Source: Octopus vulgaris (taxonomy: Eukaryota). Taken from it: a DNA stretch of 64,000 bases. Positions within the stretch are counted from its first letter, which is position 1; every line of letters starts with the position of its first letter. Positions 53,351 through 64,000 of this stretch are shown here, piece after piece. The stretch spans positions 126,232,001 through 126,296,000 of the forward strand of contig OX597816.1 in assembly GCA_951406725.2 (NCBI GenBank). The letters are read 5' to 3'. Under the pieces are notes generated by a model that had not been told where the DNA came from, ran no database searches, and saw only the letters and a program-made list of their open reading frames with translations. The position numbers and the translations under genes were made by a program.

Positions 53351-56300
53351 ATGACACTGGGCTAACCACAGTTGACAGCAATAGGCCACCAGATGGCTGA
53401 GGACAAATGTACCCCATAAAGCCAGCATAGTTTCCTGGTCCCTTGTTCTGAATACATCCAGCCATTTGCCTGCATATTGCCACCATCTAGGTGATAGTTA
53501 TGTGGAACAAGGCATTACTACATGATGAAGGCTGTAATCCTAAGGAGGACATGTTGTTAAATAAATATGTACATAGTGACTTTTCATGGTTTATATTTAT
53601 TTACATATATATATGTCTTCATTTGTTCATAAATAGTGTGTGATATTGTAATTTCTCCAGTTAACAAATTATCTATTGACTTTGGGATTTCAAAATTATG
53701 CGAAATGACAGAACATATATTTGAAAAACAGGTAATGACAAGAAAGGCATCTATCTGTAAATTAATGCACTGATAATGTATTCATCTAATCCATTCTACC
53801 ATGAACAAACAGATGTAAAAATGAATAAACAATTTCTCTCTCTCTCTCTCCCTCAATATATATATATACATTGAGAGAGATAGAGAGATGCACATTTGTG
53901 TATATATACCCAATGCTTTATATGCAGTTACAGTTTCCATCAACTAATTTCATGAGACTGAACTTAAAACCACATGTCTGAGAAGTGAACTTTTAATCCC
54001 AACTGTATTTTTGCATCTGATATTCATGGTACGTACATGTCTGTACACACACACACACACGAACACATACATGTATTCACATGCACAGGCACGCACACAC
54101 AGTCACATACACATTATAAATTATATTTATTAAAATATGGGACTAGATGTATTTTGAAGCAACAGTACTTTGAAGTATGTGTTTCTTTTTCACATATTAT
54201 GTAATAGTTTCACACAATTGAATTCCATATTTTCAAATATTGAAAAAATTGTTTTTATGGAAAAAGTGTTGCTAAATTTTACTTCTGTAGTAAAAAATAC
54301 ATTAGCATTTTAAATTGCAAATAGGAGAAACTATTTTGGAGTTCACTACTCAGTTAAAAAGTTTTTCATCAGTTGGTAATATTTGGTTTATTATTTCTTC
54401 CTCTAAGTGTGCTGTTGTTGTTTACAAGAGACACAAATGATGTTGTTGGCTTACAGTAGATATGTTTGGATATCATGTGTTTTATCAACCTCAGCACAGG
54501 CCACTTCTTTTGGCATCAAACCCTCAATGGTATCATCAAGTTTTGATACAGTCACTTTTCTGGCACAAACAGCTGGTGATTTTTGATTGAAACAACAGCA
54601 AAAGAAGAAAAGACACCACAAACTACTATTCCTAGGTAACAAGTCTCAAGTCTGGTATGGGATTTATAGTAATCCTTTTTTTTTTTTCTGTAGCAGTCAA
54701 GTGAAACAGGTATCAGAGATGTGGAGGAATGCAAGCTAGCAAAGTACAGGTTGTTATCTAATACGTTTCTTTTTGAACATTTTGAAGGAAAAGTCACCCA
54801 ATACATTTCCTTCTTGCTTAGCAACATCAAAAGACGTTGTCACTTGCTAGCTTATCATTCTTGGGGGTAATGCATTTACCATGTTATCTTCAGGGTTTAC
54901 AAAACAATTCTGTGACTCACCGTAACATAATTCAATAAATGTTTATGCATGTAAAATAATAATTCCAGTGGGGGCATGTAAACACTATATTACATTTTCC
55001 ATTTCTATATTTTTTTCCATAATCATCTGAGACCAAAATATTAAGAATGCTTTAGTACTGAATCATAAGCATAATATGTAGCTTAGTCAGTTATTAGTAT
55101 TCATGATTTTTGAATTGATAGATTGAATAACATAAACTATTCCAATCAATTTGTTGGAATACCAATTTGTATGACTGTATATTTTGATTTTTTTGTATCT
55201 CTGTTTCCTTCTATATCCTCCACATCCTTGAGGTTTCTGCTTCTATTTACTTAAATTCATTTGCTGCGCTACACCAAATTTGTACCAAAATGTTTCTGCA
55301 TTAATATCTTGATGTAATATTTTCATACATTCAAATTTAATTTCAAAAATGCTTTGCTATAATATTACAAATTCATATAATTCAAATTTTACATGTTCAT
55401 GGTCTCAGGAGTGTTAGTGCAATTGGTAAAGGGTGAGAGTTTATTCTTTCAAGTCTCAACTTTAAAGCTTTGCTTTTATGATTAAAAGCTCCTACTTGTC
55501 ACCATATTGAAATTAATGAAAATAAATTGTAAAATATTAAATAATAAAATAAATATAAATGTCAAAGTAATTCATGGTAATTCTATATTTCCTTACAAAA
55601 AGAGATCATGTATCTCAGAAATAATCAGTATTTACATATTCAAATTATTTGGTTATATAAATTATTATTTATATATTCAAATTATTTGACTATATAAATT
55701 TATATTATTTTAATATTTTTTCGAACAGTTTTAAACTGCTTTAAATTATTTAATGTAAATTATTTCTCATGATAAAAATAATGAGTGAAAATCGAACTAT
55801 ACCTGAAGCAGAACAAAAATAATGCTGTTAGTTTTCTTGTATAAAGCATAATCTTTTTTTTCTTTTTGAAATTGTTTGTTTTATATTTCATTATAGGGAG
55901 AAGTTTCGATCACCATTAATTTAAAGATCTGAAGTTTGGCTTCAGTTTAACTAAAATCCATAACTATTGAAGACAGAATTATATTGAACAATATAGTTAA
56001 ATAGTAAAGCTAGGGAAAGAATATAAATGAAAAAATATATAGTGTGTTTTAGCAAAAGCACTAGCAGTATAAAGATATTTGGCATACTTTTCCATTATAG
56101 TAGTCTTCTCATTTGCATATCTGACATGAGCTAACGGCTCCGTATTAGAAAAGATCATCTGTTATGACAAAAGAGATTGATATTAATTTTAGTTGGCAGT
56201 TAGTCTGGAGAAAGATAGTTTGTTATAATACTTATTTTAAGAAAATAGGCTCTGTCAAAGTTATGATTGTTCGTTATGTGACAGAAACTTAGATGACATC

Positions 56301-56408
56301 AAATTAGTCATGAAATAAAAGAATTCGTAGCCTTGAGTGTTGTTGAATATCCAAAGATGTTGAAACTCAGTATTATGAAGAACATGAAGAAGATATCAAG
56401 AAATTATG

Positions 56409-56470
<62 letters not shown>

Positions 56471-59400
56471 CACACATACATGCCACACACATACATTATT
56501 ATACTACATGTCAAATTCTTATCATAAATGTACAAGACTTACAAGATGACAAAGTCGTATTTCATCATTTTTATTTGAACCATGCTGATTATCACAATGA
56601 AAAGTTATTGGAAATGTACTTCAGTAACTCTATACTTTATAGAAAATTTCCTATCAAAGATTCTGTTAACTTTTTTTTGACAAGATAATAGGGAAAAGAC
56701 ATTTAAAGTATATTACTTCTTCAAAAATACAGAGTAAATTATGATTCTATTTTACAATTAAGAAATTATTTAAATGTATTTGCTGTTCCCTAATGCAATT
56801 TAGTCTTCAAAATCAAGTGGAATCATTCTGTAAGACACTTCATTTAGGATAAAAATGCATTGTGTAATTTATATCTTATTATCAAGTATAATTCTTATTG
56901 CAAGGCTGAATCAATTTCAGAAAGAATTGCATATGTAAATACACACATGCATAAATGTATTCTTGTACCAGTTTCAGTATGTGTGAAAACAAATATTAAA
57001 CATATTCTGTAACTATCGAAAACTTGCTTTCTTTATAAATCTTATTGGTTTCTCTCTGAAACTTCATCCATAGCTTTGTTGATGTACTCTGCTACACAGG
57101 TTGAAAGGTTTTTGCTAGTGTACTTAAATTATTTGATACTTATAGGTTACTAGTCTTACTTTTCTTTTTAAGTTCACTATTATAAAACTAATTTAAAACA
57201 TCAAAAGCTATATTGTTCATCTTTTTATGCTGGTCTAAATGAAAATTTTGTAAAAGGTGTAAAGAATTTTGCCATTTGAATCATTTTATTCATAACATAC
57301 TTTATAATGTTAACTGTATTGATTAATGCTTAATATATATGCATAAAAGTATGTGTGCTGGCTTTCAAATATCCTGAATAGCTATAGCTTACATATTTTA
57401 AAGAGTAAAAACCACTCTTTTTTCTTTAAACTGAGAGAAACACCTTTTCTTGTAAGATATTTCAAGTTCATCCAGTTTTTTTCCTTATCCCTAATCTAGG
57501 ACTAAAAAATATTACTTGTTTTATGTTGTCTTCCTCAGACTAATCATTTGCAAAATTGCTCAAAATTTTTAAATATTATATAAATTATATAAAATTGCTC
57601 TCATAAAAATGTGCAGTATAACTTTTAGGTAATAGATTTGAATATGACACTCAATCAGTGATAACCTTTCTTTTATATGCATAAAGAATGAAGGTTGCAT
57701 GACTTGAAACTTTTGTTTCAGTATTGTATTTTCAATTTACTTTTCATAATGTTTTTACAATCTTTGAAGCTAGTCTATCTGTTTAAAGTTGTAAGAAAAG
57801 GTGCCTTATTTCTTATTCCATTTATTTTAGTTTACCTAATTGAAAATAGGTATAGGAGCTGATTGAAAATTGATTTATTGATAAGACGGATATCTATTTG
57901 TACATATAAATAAATTGATCCAGAAATAGAAATCTATCAAATGTATGTGAGCATAGAAATTGTATTGTAAGGCTATTGTTGCTCTAAAAAATATTTAACC
58001 ACTTCTAAGATTAGGTATAAGTTAAAAATTATGTTTCTTTTTGAGTTATGGTATGAATAATAAAGTAGTCATCATAATCGTTATTGTTGTCATCATTATC
58101 ATGATCAAAACCATATTTTCACATCTAACCTCCATGCTTTTGCTTGTCAATATCCCTTTGATATCAGTGATACTAGACTTTCACTTGTTACTGGAAAACT
58201 ATTATAAATTACTAAAACCAAAAATAATAATTCAATTTTTATAAGCAAATAAAAATTTATTTATTTCAGTTTGCTTAGTTACTTTACAATTCCTTATCTT
58301 ATTTAATCATTTGGCATTAGTAAAACTATTCAAGCTTCATTCGTTTGAAGAGTCAAAAAAGAAATAAAATAATAATTATCTCTGGAGACTTATCAACTAC
58401 ATATACAACAAAATTGTCAGCCATTGAACTATAAATAAACAAAAGAATTTTATACTATATTTTCCAAGAAAATTTAGCAAGAAGCCTTGCTTAGATTAAG
58501 ACCATTAGTGGTACAATGAGTAATCTTAAAAGTTGACTTCCTTTTACACCGAATTAAACAAAAATGAGTGAAGCAATTATTGAATTTTATTTACAGAAAG
58601 TAGCAAAAGTATATTATCATGCTCTATATAAAGAAGTCAATGTAGACTCTATTTTTATGCATGTTACATCAGATTAAGTGATTATATGTTTATATTTGTT
58701 TTGTATTTTATTTGAAGCAAAAATCTACAGTTCTAAATGCTTTTAGTTTTATTTTTTTACAAAAGTAAAATCTTTTAATTCAACAATTACAGAAAAATAT
58801 AACTGGTTACTTGGATGGAATTATATTAGAGATTATAAATTACGTTAGTTTTTCTATAGATAGTTTTCTTTCAACTGAAAAACATTCCAGGCACTTGAAG
58901 CAATAATATTAAAAATATGTACTGATGTAACTTTTTTCTGAGCAGCACAAAAATCAATATCAAAATGGGAATAAGTATTTTTATTGGTTTAAAAGCACTG
59001 ATCAGTTATCTGAAACTCTCCAGTAAAGTCAAAGTCTGTTGATTATCTGTGTCAAAATTAAACTTACAGATTCTTTTTGATAATGTGTATCATTGTTTGT
59101 AAAAGAATAAACTCATGGTTTAGAAATGAATGTCAAATAAGCTATAGTTTATTTTAGAAAGTGTTCATAAAATCATTATGAACAAAGAAGAGATTAATTT
59201 GATTTACTAACAGTAAGGACATTAACAAAAAATTCTTTACCCTATTGGGTTTATTAGACTTCAAAACTATTAGTGACCTAAGGAAGTATACATCCCATAA
59301 CAGTCTGAAAAGCTTGCATGAGCTACATTCTAATTGTTCTAATTTCATACAATTATGAACTTTATATAAGAATGTAATGAAACAATTACTTATTTTATTA

Positions 59401-59699
59401 CACTTATCAGTTGGAGGGAATACTACATACTAATTACATCTGAATGTAAATTGCACTATAAACTAATTTATATCAGGGTATGCATAACAAACACTAAAGG
59501 TCCGACTTACACAAAATAGAAATGATATTAAGAATTAAAGGGGTTGAATAAGAGTTTTACAAGTCCAACAGTTGTTTCTAGGATTTTGGTGGTCCAAAAC
59601 AATGATTGTAAATTGAATCCATTTTCGGATAATACCAGCCTCCATTTTCAGGGAAGAATTTTACATTTGAGGTGTTGACAGAATGGAGGTTAAAGATGG

Positions 59700-59932
59700 A
59701 CTATATATGTATATATTTATGTATGTGTGTCTTTCTGTCTGAATTTGCCCCCACCCACTGCTTGACAACCGGTGCTGGTATGTTTATGTCCCTGTAACTA
59801 AGTAATTCAGCAAAAACTGATAGAATAAGTACCAAGCTTAAAAGAAAAGTACTGATTTATTTGACTTAAAATTCAAAGACAGTGCCCCAGCATGGCTGTA
59901 GTCTAATGACTGAAACAAATAAAGGATAAAGG
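59700..59932 (+). mobile_element. 3' half of a 23600-family SINE
   Basis: cttgacaaccggtgctggtatgtttatgtccc...gatagaataagtacc...ccccagcatggc...gactgaaacaaataaa. Confidence 0.8.
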
Positions 59933-60942
59933 AAAGGATAATACATAGGGGCATGGTGCCACTTTTTCGATTTGTTTTTTTTATTGCACATACATGTGTG
60001 TGCATACACAAGCACACCCACCCACACACCAACACTTATGCATGCATATCTTGAGAAGATTGACTAGAATGAACATCTCATGAATATTAGCATTACATTT
60101 TACTTATATTTATTCATATTTTACTACTTTCACTTTAATAAAGTCAAACCCACGTGCACTGTAATATTACAAGTTCCTCTGGCTCTAGATTTGAAACAGA
60201 GGTTTCATATAAATCACTGAAAGCATTCTTGATTAATTAATCGAGATGTCAGCTGAATATATCGAAATGCATTATAAGTTTACTTAGATTATAGGTTGCT
60301 TTAGCTTTGCATGCACAGACAGCTTTTCATTTAGTTTATTTGTTTTATTATTTTTTGATACCATGACATGAATTTGCTTCTGTACTTTCCTTTTCACAAG
60401 TTATTCTGCTAATTAAAGCATATTCAAAATTAGTATGAAATTTAAATTTTCATTAGTGTACAATGTTTTTGATTGTGAAGAAACTGTTCCAAGCATTGTT
60501 GTTATAAGATTTTCTTTATAATTTTGCATCATCATAATCATTTTATTATAATTTTCTCATATATCTTTTTAGTCTGCTGCCAGTAGTAATCAACTACTTT
60601 ACTGGTCACTTACCAGAGTAGGAGCCATATGAGAATTGTATGAGATAATCTACATCACCCATGATTAATTATTCATGGACTGTTTAACTATAAGAGATGG
60701 GAATAACCTATATACATAGTGGATTAACTGAAAATACTGTTTATAAAGAAACACTACATTCAAAGTTTTAATATTTTGTTTGTTGGAAGTTCACCTTCAG
60801 ACATTATACAAATTTATCTGTAAACAAAATTAATCTCAAATTTGGTATGGTGGAGGAAGACAAAAATATTTTAGTATGACTAGTGTCTTTTTTAAAAGTT
60901 ATCTAAGAACCTAGGCAAAGCAAATTATAAAATAAGAATATT

Positions 60943-61170
60943 CATCATCATCATTATCATCATCATTGTTTGAACATCTATTTTTCTATGCTTGCATAGT
61001 TCAGATGGAATTTGTTGAGATAGGCTTTCTATGGCTGGAAACTCTTTTGCTACCAACCATTACCTGTTTCCAAGCAAGGTAATATTTCCCAGATATGTTT
61101 CTCATAGAAAACTGGAAACAAACTACATTGCCTGTGTGAAGTTAATACTCATTTACAAGCATCACATAAT
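60943..61170 (-). mobile_element. SINE/LINE tail fragment with (CAT)n
   Basis: catcatcattgtttgaacatcta...ctttctatggctgga...ccaacc resembles the RTE tail. Confidence 0.55.
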
Positions 61171-61188
61171 GTTTGAGCACACACAAAT

Positions 61189-61256
61189 ACATACATACGT
61201 GCATGCATGCATGCATACATACATACATACATACATACATACATACATACATACAC
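61189..61256. repeat. (CATA)n/(CATG)n microsatellite
   Basis: Directly visible. Confidence 0.95.
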
Positions 61257-63012
61257 TCACATAAATACGTAAATATAAGCCGTATTCTGTCAAAAGCTCA
61301 TCTGAGATCCAAACTGAAGACCTATACTCCTTTCTAATTCGATGTTCATTTCTGATTCCCAAGAAATCAGAAAACAGATTTTGAGGTGGGAAAATGCAAT
61401 TGCTAATGATGGCAATTATATTTTAAATGAATAAATATATTTATATGTTTTATGCTAGTTTCAACTCATTACATGGAATACAGCACCAGTTTCCAGTACC
61501 TTTATATGTGTGTGTGTGTATGTTTGCATGCGTGCATGTTTCAATAGACAAACAAATAGCTGTGTGATTGAAAATTTCAGTTTGCAACCATGTAGTTTCA
61601 CTGTATATGTGTGAATGAGTTTGTCCCATATTTAACTACATACCAAATTTGCTAAGCAGTAACACCAATTATATACTATATTACATAATATATGAAATTT
61701 ATTCATGATTTAACTAATTTGCAATATTCACTTATCCATTTCTAAATATTGTTTTCTACATTTCCCTTTATTACTCACTTCATATGTGATTTGGGATTGC
61801 TGTTTAAATGTGACTGCTGACATTACAATACAATGAAGAACAAAGTAATTGGGTACCATGCCATTAATGATCAGATAATTATCTGCAATTTGTGATACAT
61901 AACCTATGAAACTGGTACAGATAAAATGTTTTGAAATTCTCTAAGTGGTTGCCCATAATATGAGCCTATTATTTCCAAGCAAGGAATCAATTACTTGATC
62001 ATCTCTCAAACTACAAAGTAGTGTGGTAGTAGGCTCTACTATTACAACTTCCTTTACATTATATTTTTGGGATAGAAATTATATTTAGAATTATATTTTG
62101 TTTAATTAGGAAACATATTTTGTTTATTTGAATTTTTGTTGTGTTTATTTGCATTTTTCCGTGTTGAGCTTAAACATTTTTTGTGGTACCCGTCATCAAT
62201 ATTTTTGGAAATAAATTTAGTTTTATTTTTAGTTCCTATATAATACAAACTTCATTTAGAGCTGCGTTTTAACTTCAATTTCATTCCTGTGTTGAGAGAA
62301 AAAAATCAATTTCATGTTTACTTTGCTGAAAATGTTCCAAATAAATGAATTTAACAAGTAACATAATTGACAAACTTGGAATTTCATGTTTAATTTGCTC
62401 AAAATTTTTCAAATAATACAATTACAATTACAAATAATTGACAAAATAAGAAAATTTGTAAAGGTTTAAAAATTTTTAATAAAAAGTGCTTTGAGAAACA
62501 CACTTTTCTTTTGTGAATGCTTTTATTTTGTCTGTCTGACCAAAGCTCATATATAATCTCTAGAAATGGCAATATCCCAGTGATCGTTACCTTCAGTCTG
62601 GTGTTCCAGAATTTTGGCAAAACTTTATACATTGATCCATGCTGACATCACATGAGTTTTCAGAAAAAAAATCAAAATGCATATGCAAGTAATAAACTTT
62701 AGGTATGCAGTATCACATATTCTTACAATATTCAGTAAAATTGACACTGCTATCCCCTCCCCGCCACCACCACCAGCAATTCAAGACTTTGAAGATTCAT
62801 AGAAATCTATGAACTACACGACAAAATGTATATCTGCAAGCAAAATGTAAAGCTTTTATTAATAGAACCTCAGTGACAGAGAGGTAAAACTCAATGTCAA
62901 ATAGTATATGCGTGCATATATATATATGTGAATATAAGCGAACACACAGCATGTAAAATATGCAGGAAACACTGATTTATTAAATCACCTGGAGAGACTC
63001 GATTACAAATAT

Positions 63013-63053
<41 letters not shown>

Positions 63054-63254
63054 CATGTGTACACATGTGTATGTCTATGTAATATATAGATATATGTATG
63101 TATATAAGAATGTAATATTTGAATTTGACATAATAAACATGAGTAGTAGTACTCAACACATGAGAATAATATTGATAAACTTGCATGGCCCCTCTTCCAA
63201 AATTCCCTTGCCTGTGATGATAAATACTTCTCCAGTACTGTTCCGACGTATATA

Positions 63255-64000
63255 TACGAAGAGGTACCCAAAAGTAACTGGTTACGTTCTCTGTAGGATA
63301 ATCCCATTGTAGCTCAGGTTTCTGCCATTAGTAGTCACTTGAAACAGCCCTTAAGCATCAGTCTACCAGCTGGCGTCGTTGTATGAAGTCATACTGCCAT
63401 GTAGTGCATCTTTGTTTTGCAGTGCTTCTCTCCTAGTTGTCTATTTGTGTGATGGTTGAAGCAAAGCAACTACGTGATCCTGTCAAATTCTGTTTTCTGT
63501 GGGGGAAAACTGCGGCCAAAATAGTTGTCATGTTTCAAACAGCTTACAAGGACACTGCTATGAGCAAAATAAGTTTATGAGTAGTTTTTATGCTTTATGA
63601 ATGGTCACTTGCTGCTTGAAGACCAACCTCATTCAGGGCGACCATCGACCACCTTGAACGAATGGAAACATCACGAAAATTCATGGACGAACTTGTTGAT
63701 ATGACTAATGTGTCCTGGAGTTCCTCTCAACGAATTTTGAATGAAAAGAGTTGCAACAAAATTTGTGCTTTGCTTGCTCGTGGAAGATCAAAAGCAGTCA
63801 CAACTGAATGCATGTTGTGAACTGAAAGAACGGTTAGAAGTTGATCTTGCTTTCTGCGACATATTTTTAAAACTCTGAATGAAAAGAAGTCCTGAAAGGA
63901 AAACGTTTTTCAGATGTGGAAGAGAAGTAAAACAAAAAAATGGAAGCCTTAAACGGTATCACTTTGCAAGGGGTCCAGGACTGCTTCGAACAGTGGAAAC
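63255..64000 (+). mobile_element. Mariner element with internally deleted transposase, running off the window end
   Basis: TA-cgaagaggtacccaaaagtaac TIR; from 63452 MVEAKQLRDPVKFCFLWGKTAAKIVVMFQTAYKDTAMSK, LEDQPHSGRPST, RVATKFV, then LKGKRFSDVEE. Confidence 0.88.

Noticed and set aside
54400-54920. Coding-like minus-strand stretch (ORFs 54451-54642 and 54552-54830)
   Set aside because: Frameshifted, with no recognisable domain or clean splice boundaries; probably a decayed DNA transposon, which I cannot assign.
62080-62700. Possible MITE-like relic
   Set aside because: Termini not identifiable by eye.

Overview
AT-rich, microsatellite-dense eukaryotic DNA with no convincing host protein-coding exon. 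The repeat content strongly resembles an Octopus (coleoid cephalopod) genome: RTE LINEs with (CAT)n tails, tRNA-derived SINEs with Deu/Nin-like and CORE-like bodies, and abundant TA/CA/ATT microsatellites. This assignment is recognition, not a database result. The window is most likely intergenic or lies inside a very large intron. It contains decayed RTE, R4/Dong-like, CR1-like and Penelope retroelements, four mariner remnants, two TTAA-flanked MITEs, a solo LTR and a composite Helitron carrying a PIF1 helicase fragment. The most interesting element is a ~0.5 kb insertion at 50934-51440, flanked by a 13-bp TSD. It is a head-to-head palindrome of a tRNA-headed SINE whose 3' part carries a minimal Penelope-type hammerhead ribozyme, making it a candidate Penelope-mobilised, ribozyme-bearing Pol III SINE. 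Two other fold-back elements and strong AG|GTAAGT recursive-splice-site-like motifs were also seen. Most ORFs in the supplied track are spurious or TE fragments. Boundaries of old elements are approximate.
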